A stretch of DNA of 64,000 bases from Candidatus Saccharimonadales bacterium (GTDB lineage: Bacteria; Patescibacteriota; Saccharimonadia; Saccharimonadales; Saccharimonadaceae). A program made the position numbers and the translations under genes. The stretch's first letter is position 1, and each line of letters opens with the position of its first letter. The notes beneath the pieces were generated by a model. That model was not told the DNA's origin. It searched no databases and worked only from the letters and a program-made list of their open reading frames with translations. The DNA is taken from NCBI GenBank assembly GCA_044340745.1, contig JBIISZ010000005.1:795-64794 (forward strand), read 5' to 3'. Positions 19,110 through 29,399 of this stretch are shown piece by piece.

Positions 19110-19896
19110 AGTAGTAGCATCCATAAATAACGGCTTGTTCAGGGTGTTGTGCCTGAAGTAATTTCGGAAGGGGGATATGATCCGGGAGTTTCTCTTTCAA
19201 TATACCGGCAAGATCATGATGATACTTTTCAAAATACGTGCCGATACTTCCGCCGATGACGATTTGATCTGGTTGGATCGTCGGGATCAACGCGAGGAAG
19301 CCGCGGCTGATGCGGTCGGCGATGGCGTGCCAGGTGCGCTTGCTTTTGATGTCACGAGCGTATTTACCGTAGGTAGCGTAAATTGCTTTCCCTGAGGCGA
19401 AGCTTTCCCATTCCCGGACAAGCCCGTCAAACTCGACCAGCGAACGCCCGGCTTCGCTGTGGCGAAGCCCTGGGTCGATCTTTCCGTTGGTGATCACGCC
19501 GCTACCGATGCCAGTACTGATTGTCACGTACAAGCTAGATACAGGGACAGGGTCCTGCTGGCGGGCCTCGGCCAAGCCGGCGAGGTTAGCGTCGTTCTCG
19601 ACGTAAATCGGGGCACCGCCCAAGACGCCTTTGAGCTCTTCGGCGACATTGAAGTTCTTCCACTTCAAGTTATTGCACCAGACCGCGATGCCGTCCTTAA
19701 CGATGCCAGGAAGGGCGATGACGATCATATCGACGTCATCCGGTGAGAAGAGGGCGGTCAGGTGGGTCGTCAACGTTTCGACGTAGTCTTTAGTCTTCGG
19801 TGGTGTCGGAAACTTGAATTCAGTCGTAATCTGACCGGTCTCGGTGTACCCCGCTATCAGTGTTTTCGTTCCCCCAGTATCCACCGCGATAATCAT
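19075..19896 (-). CDS. ROK family sugar kinase
   Basis: DTGGTKT, ENDANLAGLAE, TISTGIGSG; ATG at 19896 follows -10 TACACT by 6 nt. Confidence 0.88.
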   Translation of the reverse strand: MIIAVDTGGTKTLIAGYTETGQITTEFKFPTPPKTKDYVETLTTHLTALFSPDDVDMIVIALPGIVKDGIAVWCNNLKWKNFNVAEELKGVLGGAPIYVENDANLAGLAEARQQDPVPVSSLYVTISTGIGSGVITNGKIDPGLRHSEAGRSLVEFDGLVREWESFASGKAIYATYGKYARDIKSKRTWHAIADRISRGFLALIPTIQPDQIVIGGSIGTYFEKYHHDLAGILKEKLPDHIPLPKLLQAQHPEQAVIYGCYYYAIDLVTDSQA

Positions 19897-19951
19897 AGTT
19901 CCAGTGTAGCACACGAAGCTACTCGTAGCAGGCTATGGTAAAATGAAACGT

Positions 19952-20488
19952 ATGCAAAAGTGGGCGCAAAAACAAACAGGCTTTACTATCGTTGAGCTGC
20001 TGATCGTTATCGTCGTCATCGCTATCCTAGCGGGTGTGACGATTGCTGCGTACAACGGCGTGCAAGAGCGCTCGCGCCAGACGAAAATTACCAACGACAT
20101 CCGTAACCTCGAGCAGGCAATTATCGCGGCACGAAACAACAATGGCGGAGTAGCACTTCGCTATATCACGCTGAGTACCGCGACAGGTTCTAACTGCTGG
20201 AGCAAACCGACGGATACCGACTTAGCTGCGCTTCCCTCTACTGATGGTTGCTGGACTGCCTATAATGCCGCACTTGCCAGAATCAGCGACGCCTCCGGTA
20301 TCAACGTCCGCGGTCTGATTGATCCATGGGGAAGGCCATATTATATGGATGAGAATGAAGGGGAAGGCGCCGACCCACCGATCGCCTGCAACCCGGATGC
20401 AATCGGATACTATGCGCAGCCCTTTACGACAGCTCAGACGATGATAAAGTCACGCTTTATACCAAAGATTCAGCCTCGCTGTCTATAG
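19952..20488 (+). CDS. Type IV pilin / pseudopilin-like protein
   Basis: Class III signal peptide G|FTIVELLIVIVVIAILA, DPWGRPYY motif, Cys pairs. The ORF-track ATG at 19943 overlaps the -10, so 19952 is preferred. Confidence 0.85.
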   Translation: MQKWAQKQTGFTIVELLIVIVVIAILAGVTIAAYNGVQERSRQTKITNDIRNLEQAIIAARNNNGGVALRYITLSTATGSNCWSKPTDTDLAALPSTDGCWTAYNAALARISDASGINVRGLIDPWGRPYYMDENEGEGADPPIACNPDAIGYYAQPFTTAQTMIKSRFIPKIQPRCL

Positions 20489-20554
20489 CCCTTATGGTTG
20501 CATAAAATTTCTCGCCATTTCATACTAGGGCAAAGTAACGGGAGACATGGCGAG

Positions 20555-20953
20555 ATGGCAAGGTTTACGGGGTGGCGACCAACACGGGCGGGCATTGTAT
20601 TAGTTGTAGGAATTATCGTTTTGGCGGCCTTGGTGCTGGGCGGCCTGTATTTGGTGCGCGAGCGGGGCGAACAGGCTCGTCGCGACGAAGCGATTCAGGT
20701 TGCCGAAGGGCAGCTGAATGAAGAGGCGAATGATGTCGCGTTGAACGACCCAGAGGAAACGAATACCCCTGAAGAAACCGCTACGCCGTCAGAACAGACG
20801 AACGGTGGCACTACCCAGAATAATCCGGCACCGACTGCCACTGAACTGCCACAAACCGGTCCGAGTGACATCTTCGCGGGGCTCATTGTTGCGCTGCTTA
20901 CCTTCAGCGTCACGTCCTATGTGATGTCACGCACAGCTGTCCAGAAGCGTTAA
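20555..20953 (+). CDS. Hypothetical membrane protein with an LPQTG sorting-like motif
   Basis: N-terminal TM helix, acidic/Thr-Pro linker, LPQTG plus hydrophobic helix plus basic tail. Confidence 0.65.
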   Translation: MARFTGWRPTRAGIVLVVGIIVLAALVLGGLYLVRERGEQARRDEAIQVAEGQLNEEANDVALNDPEETNTPEETATPSEQTNGGTTQNNPAPTATELPQTGPSDIFAGLIVALLTFSVTSYVMSRTAVQKR

Positions 20954-21060
20954 CTGGACTTATCCCTCCATCTGGGGTACAATAAGAGTAATCGATGAGG
21001 CAGACCCTTATTTAGGTGCGCCTCCGAAATACAATTAAGGAAGGAGTCTTAAAAAGACTT

Positions 21061-22152
21061 ATGGCAAAAGCCGCAAATATTACCATGGATGAGCTTCTCG
21101 CAGGCGAGGGTGCTCACCTTAAACACATCGCACAAGGCGAAGTAATCGAAGGAAAGGTGCTGACAATCCGCAAGCACGAAATCTTGATCGACCTCGGTCC
21201 TCAAGGTATTGGTCTCGTACCACGTCGCGAAGTAGGGTTCTCACGCGCTCTCAACGAGGGTGATGAAGTATCAGCCAGCATCGTTGATCCTGAACTTGAA
21301 AACGGTCAGGTACTGCTTTCACTTCGCAAGGCTGCGAAGGACAAGGGTTGGGACGAAGTCATCGCTAAGCTGGAAAGCGGCGAAATCATCGACGTCAGCC
21401 CATACGACGCGAACCGCGGTGGTCTCCTTGTTGAATACGAAGGTGTTCGCGGGTTCCTCCCAGTTTCACAGTTGTCAGCTGAACACTACCCACGGGTAGG
21501 TAGCAACGATAAGGATGAAATCCTTCAGCGCCTCAACGCGCTTATCAACCAGACCCTTAAGGTACGTATCCTTGATGCAGACCGCAAGGCAAACAAGTTG
21601 ATCTTCTCTGAGAAGGAAGCGGTCAAGGAAGGCCTCGCGGCCCGCTTTGAGAAGCTTAAGGTCGGTGACACCGTTAAGGGTGTAGCCACTGGTGTCGTTG
21701 ACTACGGTATTTTCGTGAACGTCGAAGGTATCGAAGGTCTCGTACACATCTCAGAAATCAGCTGGGAACGTGTTAACAATCCGTCTGATTACGTGAAGAC
21801 CGGCCAGACTATCGAGGCGAAGATCATCGCTATCGACAAGGACCGCCTCAGCCTCAGCATGAAGCAGCTTTCAGAAGACCCATGGCTCGGTGAAGTCGAC
21901 CAGTTTAACATTGGCGATGAAGTCGAAGGTACGGTTACCCGTATTACTCCATTCGGTGCTTTCGTGCAGATCAGCCCAGCTGTTGAAGCGCTTGTTCACG
22001 TCAGTGAGCTTGGCGACGGCGACAGCGCTGACCCTGAGAAGGTGTTCACGCTCAATGAACGCAAGTCATTCGTCGTTCTCGACATCGAAAAAGAGAACCG
22101 CAAGATCTCACTCGGTTTGCCCGGAAGCAAGCCAAAGAAAACAACTAAATAG
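21061..22152 (+). CDS. rpsA: 30S ribosomal protein S1 (four S1 domains)
   Basis: NRGGLLV...GFLPVSQL, EGLVHISEISW, FGAFV...EALVHVSEL; SD AAGGAAGGAG. Confidence 0.93.
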   Translation: MAKAANITMDELLAGEGAHLKHIAQGEVIEGKVLTIRKHEILIDLGPQGIGLVPRREVGFSRALNEGDEVSASIVDPELENGQVLLSLRKAAKDKGWDEVIAKLESGEIIDVSPYDANRGGLLVEYEGVRGFLPVSQLSAEHYPRVGSNDKDEILQRLNALINQTLKVRILDADRKANKLIFSEKEAVKEGLAARFEKLKVGDTVKGVATGVVDYGIFVNVEGIEGLVHISEISWERVNNPSDYVKTGQTIEAKIIAIDKDRLSLSMKQLSEDPWLGEVDQFNIGDEVEGTVTRITPFGAFVQISPAVEALVHVSELGDGDSADPEKVFTLNERKSFVVLDIEKENRKISLGLPGSKPKKTTK

Positions 22153-22228
22153 TTGGTAGTTAGTACACGGTAGGTAGTCGAGAGGCTACCTACCAGACAC
22201 TAGGTACCAACGTCACGACAAGGAGCAC

Positions 22229-24001
22229 ATGATGGCTGAGAAAGTGTTATCGATTGCCAATTCAATCACTGTCGGCGAACTTGCCGAAGTGCTCAACCTC
22301 CCCGTTACGACCCTTATCGGTGAGCTTTTTAAGAATGGTATCGCTGCGACGATCAATCAACGTATCGATTTCGAGACGGCGACAATTATCGTAGAAGAGC
22401 TCGGCCTTGATGTTGAGTTAGAGAAAAAAGAAAGTGCGAACGCCGGCACTGAACGCCGTGTCCGCGAGTTGTCTGATAACGCCGTCGGCCGGCCGCCGAT
22501 CGTAGCGGTCATGGGTCACGTCGACCACGGTAAGACAAGTCTGCTTGATTCTATCCTTGGCCAGAAGGTCGTTGAAGGGGAAGCTGGTGGTATCACCCAG
22601 CACATTAGCGCATACCAGACGGTCCGCAATAACCGCCCAATTACGCTGCTTGACACCCCTGGGCACGAAGCCTTCGCGGCACTCCGTCAGCATGGTGCGA
22701 CCCTTACGGATGTCGTTATCATCGTTGTTGCAGCCGATGACGGCGTGAAACCGCAGACTATCGAAGCGATCCGCTTCGCCCGTACGGCGAACGCCAAGAT
22801 CGTCGTCGCGATCAACAAGATCGACAAGGAAGCTGCCAACCCGCAGCTGGTAAAAACCCAGCTCGCAACCGAGCACAATCTTAACCCAGAAGAATGGGGT
22901 GGTGACACGGTGATGGTCGAAGTAAGCGCCAAGACCGGCCAGAACATCGACAAGCTCCTTGATATGGTGCTTCTTGTCGCTGATCTTGAAGAGCTAAAAG
23001 CGGAAGCCGATACGGCTGCCGAAGGGCTCGTCATTGAAGCGCACATGGAAACCGGCCGCGGTGCGGTCGTAGGGCTTCTTGTCGAACAAGGCGCGTTAAA
23101 GCCAGGCGCCTTCCTCGTGGCAGGAACCGCTTACGGTAAGGTGCGAACCCTTCAGGATTTCGCTGGTAAGGCAATCAAGGAAGCCGGGCCTTCGACACCG
23201 GTAACCATCTCTGGTTTTAAGGAATTGCCTCAGTTCGGTGATGTTTTTGAAGTCGTCAAGAATGAGAAGGAAGCTCGTGCCCGTGCGAACACCGTTCGTA
23301 TCGAGCGTGAACAAAACGCCGCAAGTGCGAACGTGACCGGTGCTGACCTCTTGAAGCTGATGACCCAGAAGCACGAAGCCGAAGACTTCAACGTTATCGT
23401 CAAGGCGGACGTCCAAGGTTCGCTGACCTCTGTGATTGATAGCCTCAAATTAATCGAGACTGGTGGGGAAGTGACATTACATATTGTCAGCAGCGGCGTC
23501 GGTAATATTACCGAGAACGATATTCGCCTCGCATCCGACGGCAAAACGGTCATCTACGGGTTCAATGTTGACCTTCCACCGGCGGTAAAGCAGCTTGCTA
23601 CCCGCGAGCGTGCCGAAGTTCGCCTTTACCGGGTGATTTATGAACTCCTCGATGATGCGAAGAACTCGATGGAAAAACTGCTTGCCCCAGAAGTGGTTGA
23701 GACGGAAATCGGTATCCTTGAAGTCAAGGGTGTCTTCCGTACGATGAAAGACCAGGTGATCACTGGTGGCCAGGTCGTTACTGGAAAGATCGCACCAGGG
23801 TTGCTCGTGCGCGCAAAGCGTAAGGATGAAGTACTTGGTGAGGCGGAAATCACCAATCTGCAACGTGAAAAGGTGGAAGTGAAGGAGGCCTTCGAGGGTG
23901 ACCTTTGCGGGCTCAGCCTTAAGACGAACAAGAAGCTGCTCCTCGAAATCGGTGATACGCTTGAATTCTTCACCCGCGAAGTCGTCGAACGACATCTATA
24001 G
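22229..24001 (+). CDS. infB: Translation initiation factor IF-2
   Basis: [36 protein letters not shown]. Confidence 0.97.
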   Translation: MMAEKVLSIANSITVGELAEVLNLPVTTLIGELFKNGIAATINQRIDFETATIIVEELGLDVELEKKESANAGTERRVRELSDNAVGRPPIVAVMGHVDHGKTSLLDSILGQKVVEGEAGGITQHISAYQTVRNNRPITLLDTPGHEAFAALRQHGATLTDVVIIVVAADDGVKPQTIEAIRFARTANAKIVVAINKIDKEAANPQLVKTQLATEHNLNPEEWGGDTVMVEVSAKTGQNIDKLLDMVLLVADLEELKAEADTAAEGLVIEAHMETGRGAVVGLLVEQGALKPGAFLVAGTAYGKVRTLQDFAGKAIKEAGPSTPVTISGFKELPQFGDVFEVVKNEKEARARANTVRIEREQNAASANVTGADLLKLMTQKHEAEDFNVIVKADVQGSLTSVIDSLKLIETGGEVTLHIVSSGVGNITENDIRLASDGKTVIYGFNVDLPPAVKQLATRERAEVRLYRVIYELLDDAKNSMEKLLAPEVVETEIGILEVKGVFRTMKDQVITGGQVVTGKIAPGLLVRAKRKDEVLGEAEITNLQREKVEVKEAFEGDLCGLSLKTNKKLLLEIGDTLEFFTREVVERHL

Positions 24002-24100
24002 TAATAGGGGTGAATGTTGTGCAAAAAGCTTGTGGTGACACAGGCTTTTTGATATATTGAGGGCAAAAGGCGTTGCAAGAAACAAAAAAGGAAATCATCC

Positions 24101-24418
24101 ATGGATCAGCTTGATGTGTTTATAAAGGAAATCATAGATACCAAACAGCTTCCCGGCATTACCGATGAGGCAAAGGTCGGTTTGGCCGAAGAAATGCGCG
24201 AAGGCCTGCTCGACCAGATCAACCGGGCGTTGATCGAAGCACTCCCGGACGGGAAGGTGGCGGATTTTACGGCGCTCCTTGATACTGATCCGTCTGAAGA
24301 AAAGATAGAAGCGTTCATCGTCGAAAGCGGCGTTGATATCCAAAAGGTCACTGCACAAACGATGCTTAACTTTAGGAACCGGTACTTACAGACCGGTGCC
24401 GAGCGTAGCGCGGAGTAA
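24101..24418 (+). CDS. Small acidic helical protein, DUF5663-like
   Basis: Pattern resembles the 28968 protein (helical, acidic, LIxALP/LSEGMS region); family call from memory. Confidence 0.55.
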   Translation: MDQLDVFIKEIIDTKQLPGITDEAKVGLAEEMREGLLDQINRALIEALPDGKVADFTALLDTDPSEEKIEAFIVESGVDIQKVTAQTMLNFRNRYLQTGAERSAE

Positions 24419-24421
24419 TTC

Positions 24422-27400
24422 GTGAACGAGCACGCTCCGACGACTGCGACGACGAACCCTGAGCCTCTCAAGGTCGTCTTAGTTGACCAGTCGAAGGACG
24501 CGCAGGATGAAGCACGTGACTTGGCAGATGCCCGACTGGATCGTGAGCTAGGCGAGGGTGGTAAGATCCGACAATTCCTGAACGGTATATGGAAGGGTAA
24601 TCTTGCCCGTGACTTTTACCGACAGAGGTACGTCAGCCAGGCACTCGAAACCATACAGACGTCCAACAACGTACTAGCTGATTCACCGGCGGAACGCCGC
24701 GCCAGGGCCCTCGAATCGACTATCGAACGGTTCCAAAGCGAACATGACGAAGTCATTCACGAGAGCGCGGGCGAGCGCCGTGAAGTGCAAGCCGCCGACA
24801 GTGTATTGGCGGTAGGGGTAAAAAATATTATCCGGCAAGCAGTCGAGCGGGCTCAGACATCAGGCCGTCCATTAAACGTGCAGGTACTTCAGGAAGAGCG
24901 AAATCGCTTCCTGAACGAATACCGCAAACAGCACGGCGAGGACGCACTTGGTAAGGGTATCGTCATGGCGGACAATATGTTCGATATTGCCCAGACGGTG
25001 TATGGTGTCGTGGAGCATGGCGAAAGCTTGGACCACGCACTTGGTCGCCTAGAAGTCGTGACAGGTGAAGCGCGTAACGGGGCGCGTACTGAAGCGAAGT
25101 ATACCGCCGTTGATAAAAGTATCGACTGGCTTTCTAAGAAAGGGCTTGCGTCCTTTATTACCCCCGGCGCCTTAGCGACCGGGGTTGCTGCCGGAATGGC
25201 TATCGCGCGTGTGACTGGGCACGGTGTCGTGGGGGCGGCTACCAAAACCTTGCTTCCAGGTGTCGCGGCGGGTGCCTGGGCGGCGCTTCGCGAGAACAAG
25301 CGTACGAAAGACGACCGTTCACAACACGCCCGTGAAATGGCGGTCGGTGGGGAGTTCGCTCAGGATGACAAACGGCGTACCGAGATGGAGCGCACGCGTT
25401 ACGAGTCGGTGGCTGCCGTAGAACTTATTACTCAGCTGCAAGAGGCTTCCACCGAAGAACGGCTCGAAGCCGGGGGCAACGATGCGTTGCAGGCAGCCCT
25501 TGACGCCCTTGCCGCCGCGCAGGCGCGCATCCAACTTTCTGATAGCCGAAACATCGACCTTGTGAGCTATTCTTCAAAGGAAGACGTCGGCGAAGAGCGC
25601 ATGATGCTCGACCTCGCTCGTCGGGAGGCACGCTTAGCAGTCGAACAACGCCTTACCCCTGAAGCACGCGCTGCACTTAACTTAGGTCCTACCGCAAGCG
25701 CGCGGGGACTTATCGACCAAAGAGCCCTGCTTTTCTCAAGGGTGTTGATTGAAGGTGAGGAAGGACAGGAAGGTATTGACCAGAAAGACGCCGCCTTCGC
25801 GAAACTCAAAGCGAAGCGCGTGGCTACGGCTGCGGCTATCGGTGTCGCGACAGGTGTCGTCGGCGGGCTGGTCGTACAAGAAACAGTCGCCGCGTTTGAT
25901 TCGACCCGTTTCGGACTTATTGATGCTATTCGAGGGGAGACGGCCGTACCATTCGAGGGGACCGGTGAAGTACATCAGACGATCCTTGAAGGGATGATAA
26001 GGGGTGACGAGACCATCATTCATACTGATGCTGCTGATACGTACGAAGCATATCCGACAGGTGAAAACGGAAGCATCGAAGTTACGAGCGACCATACGCT
26101 TGAGACAAATGAAGACGGCACCCTGAGTCTTATAGATGGCAACGGAAAAGCCTCCGTAGAAGGCCTTGTGATTGACGCGAACGGAACGCTTGATCAAGCC
26201 TCACTCGATAAGCTTGAAGCTGCCGGTATGGTTGTTGAGGACAAGTCGTTCGATGAAACAATTCAGACACAGACGACCGAACAGGTATCTACCGATCAGT
26301 ACATCCAGAATCATGCAGCCGAAACGACTCGTGTTACGCGTGATCTTTGGTACGGTAATGATACCCCAGGCGTATTTGATCAGAACGAACTTCGCGTATA
26401 TCGCGGGGGAAGCGATGCGGCGCCGGGAATCGTCGAGGGCGGATACCAGTATACCGTGGCCGGCATGACCCAGAACGGTTCATGGCAAGGCGGTGAGCGC
26501 GTCGACTGGAACCAGGCGGCATCTAACGGTAACTTGTTCGTCGCAATATCTGGTACGTATGATTCACAGGGTAATCCGTTCATGATTCCAATCGGCCCTG
26601 ATGGCGCCGTGAACATCCCTGCTGACAGCCCGGCCGGACAGTTCTTTGCCAATGAGAATAATTCAGTCGCCTTCAACGGTGCGTACATGGAAATCGTTCA
26701 GACGACCGGGCAAGATGCTGAGGGTGTTGTTCACATTCGTCCACTGGCGACCCTCGTAGGGGATACGAGCGTCGAGCTGGTGAATGATACCGTCACGACG
26801 GAAAGTATCGTGCACCATGCGGAATATTCCATTACCACGAACGGCTATGATACTGCCCAGGCCAACGCGACCGAGACGGCGCCGATCACTCCGATTGCTT
26901 CACGGCGGTCTATGGAAGCTTTACGGAACGAAGGTAGTGAAAATACACCCGAAACTTCTCCCGCGACTCCTTCTGAAACTGCAAGTGGCTACGGCTACGA
27001 AAACGGCCGTATCAGCCCTGACAGGCTACGCCGATGGGAGAGTGAACGCTCACCGCGCCTCCGTGAAAACCCTGACGCGGAGCTTGAGACACTTGAAGAA
27101 GTCGATTTCTACTATGAGCAACAACGCCAGCGTCGCGGTGAGGCGTACGTACAGGAAATCGAAGCCAACGTCGACCAAAGTGAAGCGCTACAGGCAATTG
27201 ATACTGACTCTCGCGCTATCATCGTAATGCCGGTCGGTGCTGCACAGGAATCGGAAAACATATACGAAGCGTTATCGTTGTATGCTCAACAGGATGAAGA
27301 TGCCCAGAAGAAAACGACAATACTCTTGAACGTAAACTGGATCAGTGACGCGACGAACGACCCTGAGAAGAAGGCGAAGATCGACAAGACCTTGAGCGAG

Positions 27401-28558
27401 ATCCAACGTGCCCAAGCCGACTTCCCTCAGCTCAACATCGCACAATTTACCAAAGTCTGGGATCGCGATTGGGTAGATGGCGTCCGTAACAAGAAGATAT
27501 ACGGTGAAGTGATCAAGACACTCTACGATACGGCAGCCTTTGCCGTTCGTCGCGCGATTAAAGAGGGCCGTGCGACACCTGATCAAGACTTGCTGCTTAT
27601 TACGAACGATGCCGACCAGAAGGGTATGCACCGCCATTACCTCCAACATTATGTCGCAGCTGAAGAGCAATATAAAGACTCAGACGCCTTTATCGGCACG
27701 ATCCGTTGGGGTGTCGAGACGGCCCGCGACTTCCCTGGGTACCATGTTTCGCAGCTATTCATGCAGGCTATGAATATCGCCGCAACACGTCCGACGAACC
27801 ACTCGCTTGCGCCGGCTACTATCGGCCCTAACTCGGCGTTCCGCGTATCGACGTATGCCGCTATCGGTGGCTGTGAGGACCGTGACGACCTCGGTGTCGG
27901 TGCGGATTCTGAATTAGGACGAAAGGTCCTGGCTGCTCGTGGCCGTTTGCCTGAAAAGAGCGGTAACGGATATGGTGGTCTTGGGACGACCTATCTCACA
28001 GGGTCGACAGTCGGTCCTGGTAGCCGCGAGCGGGTTATTCGCCAGGTGATCGGCTCTGATATCGATTCCGCTCCGGGTCGCTTGCTTGATTCGGCATATC
28101 GCCTTGATAACTTCATCCCGCACGCCTGGAACGAGTTCGACAATGGATCTACTCGTGAAGACGACAAGAATAACCCGAACCTGATCATAAAAGAAGACGC
28201 GCGAAAAGACTTCGCGCCAATCCGTCAGCGTGTCGAACGTCAGATCACCGACTTCATCAATCATTGGTATCCGGATCAGGCGGTCGCAAGCTTCACGTTG
28301 TCGATGCTATTCCCTGACGTACCTGAATTGAAGAATAATGCTCAAGCGTGGACGCTCCGCCAGCAGTCAGACGGTTCGTACCGCTTCGCCTTTACGACCG
28401 ACGGTGCGCGTCGCTTCAAGAATTCACTCCTCCGTTCTAAGGGCCGATTCGATCCGATTGCGAACCGTTTGCGCCGCAGGGTATATGGCGAAGTGCGTCC
28501 AGGTGCTAAGATTCGTCCGGTAGCGGCCGAGGCGCCCCTTGTGAGAGCTACCGCCTAA
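24422..28558 (+). CDS. Large (1,378 aa) membrane-associated protein with a C-terminal GT-A/GT2-like glycosyltransferase domain
   Basis: Two Gly/Ala-rich hydrophobic regions, a beta-rich middle, then IIVMPV...LLITNDAD...GPNSAFRVSTYAAIGG...ADSELGR. Confidence 0.7.
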   Translation: MNEHAPTTATTNPEPLKVVLVDQSKDAQDEARDLADARLDRELGEGGKIRQFLNGIWKGNLARDFYRQRYVSQALETIQTSNNVLADSPAERRARALESTIERFQSEHDEVIHESAGERREVQAADSVLAVGVKNIIRQAVERAQTSGRPLNVQVLQEERNRFLNEYRKQHGEDALGKGIVMADNMFDIAQTVYGVVEHGESLDHALGRLEVVTGEARNGARTEAKYTAVDKSIDWLSKKGLASFITPGALATGVAAGMAIARVTGHGVVGAATKTLLPGVAAGAWAALRENKRTKDDRSQHAREMAVGGEFAQDDKRRTEMERTRYESVAAVELITQLQEASTEERLEAGGNDALQAALDALAAAQARIQLSDSRNIDLVSYSSKEDVGEERMMLDLARREARLAVEQRLTPEARAALNLGPTASARGLIDQRALLFSRVLIEGEEGQEGIDQKDAAFAKLKAKRVATAAAIGVATGVVGGLVVQETVAAFDSTRFGLIDAIRGETAVPFEGTGEVHQTILEGMIRGDETIIHTDAADTYEAYPTGENGSIEVTSDHTLETNEDGTLSLIDGNGKASVEGLVIDANGTLDQASLDKLEAAGMVVEDKSFDETIQTQTTEQVSTDQYIQNHAAETTRVTRDLWYGNDTPGVFDQNELRVYRGGSDAAPGIVEGGYQYTVAGMTQNGSWQGGERVDWNQAASNGNLFVAISGTYDSQGNPFMIPIGPDGAVNIPADSPAGQFFANENNSVAFNGAYMEIVQTTGQDAEGVVHIRPLATLVGDTSVELVNDTVTTESIVHHAEYSITTNGYDTAQANATETAPITPIASRRSMEALRNEGSENTPETSPATPSETASGYGYENGRISPDRLRRWESERSPRLRENPDAELETLEEVDFYYEQQRQRRGEAYVQEIEANVDQSEALQAIDTDSRAIIVMPVGAAQESENIYEALSLYAQQDEDAQKKTTILLNVNWISDATNDPEKKAKIDKTLSEIQRAQADFPQLNIAQFTKVWDRDWVDGVRNKKIYGEVIKTLYDTAAFAVRRAIKEGRATPDQDLLLITNDADQKGMHRHYLQHYVAAEEQYKDSDAFIGTIRWGVETARDFPGYHVSQLFMQAMNIAATRPTNHSLAPATIGPNSAFRVSTYAAIGGCEDRDDLGVGADSELGRKVLAARGRLPEKSGNGYGGLGTTYLTGSTVGPGSRERVIRQVIGSDIDSAPGRLLDSAYRLDNFIPHAWNEFDNGSTREDDKNNPNLIIKEDARKDFAPIRQRVERQITDFINHWYPDQAVASFTLSMLFPDVPELKNNAQAWTLRQQSDGSYRFAFTTDGARRFKNSLLRSKGRFDPIANRLRRRVYGEVRPGAKIRPVAAEAPLVRATA

Positions 28559-28590
28559 GGCTATAATAAGAGCAAAGATTAGGGGGCATC

Positions 28591-28920
28591 ATGGATACGC
28601 AACAGCAGCTACTACAAGTAAAACAGGGGATTCTAGAGGACCTACTGCCTTTGGCAATCGAAGGGCAAGGCGCACCGGAAGAGCGTGCTGAAACGGTATT
28701 GTCTATTCTTGAATTAGGCAACACATCGCCTGAACTCTATGTAAAAGCGCGCGAAATCATCGGAAGCATCGAAGATAAGACCCTTCGTGCGGACTTACTA
28801 ATGAGGTTACTGGGGAACGTCCAACTCGCTTTGAGCTCGCTGGCTGGGCCAGAAGAAAGCACGCCGCCCACCGAAGAGGCCAGCCAGTCGCAGCCAGCTG
28901 CTGTCCCACCTCAACAATAA
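28591..28920 (+). CDS. Small acidic helical hypothetical protein
   Basis: 109-aa ORF with GGGGG SD-like site and an upstream TATAAT. Confidence 0.65.
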   Translation: MDTQQQLLQVKQGILEDLLPLAIEGQGAPEERAETVLSILELGNTSPELYVKAREIIGSIEDKTLRADLLMRLLGNVQLALSSLAGPEESTPPTEEASQSQPAAVPPQQ

Positions 28921-28967
28921 CTTCTCAGTTTGTTATAATGAGGAAAAGTAATTAGGAAAACTACTCC

Positions 28968-29396
28968 ATGTTCCAACTTGACGACCAATTCCTCATCGAT
29001 ATCGGCCTGAACGACCTCCCTGAAGAGCAAAAGCGACCGTTTCTTCAGCATGTCTACGACCAACTAGAATATAGGGTAGGGATTCGCCTGAGCGAGGGGA
29101 TGAGCGACGCTCAACTTGAAGAATTCGAAGCGATCATCGACAAGAAGCCAGACGTAGTAGACGCCTGGATACAGCAGTATGCCCCTGCATACGCAAGCGA
29201 TGAACTATTTGCGAAGATCCAACAAGCAAGCGGTCTGGCCGCCGACAATCCGCTGTTGAAGTCTGAATACGCTGCGACCAAATGGCTGGAAGTCAACCGC
29301 CCTGATTATCGCGACGTCGTCGCACAGACGCTCGAAGAGCTCAAGCAGGAAATCGCCCAAAGCCGCGACGCTATCCTTAGCCCGCCGACCGCCTAG
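28968..29396 (+). CDS. DUF5663-like protein
   Basis: MFQLDDQFLIDIGLNDLPEEQKRPFLQHVYDQLEYRVGIRLSEGMS, a pattern I recall from a widespread CPR family. Confidence 0.7.
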   Translation: MFQLDDQFLIDIGLNDLPEEQKRPFLQHVYDQLEYRVGIRLSEGMSDAQLEEFEAIIDKKPDVVDAWIQQYAPAYASDELFAKIQQASGLAADNPLLKSEYAATKWLEVNRPDYRDVVAQTLEELKQEIAQSRDAILSPPTA

Positions 29397-29399
29397 AAC

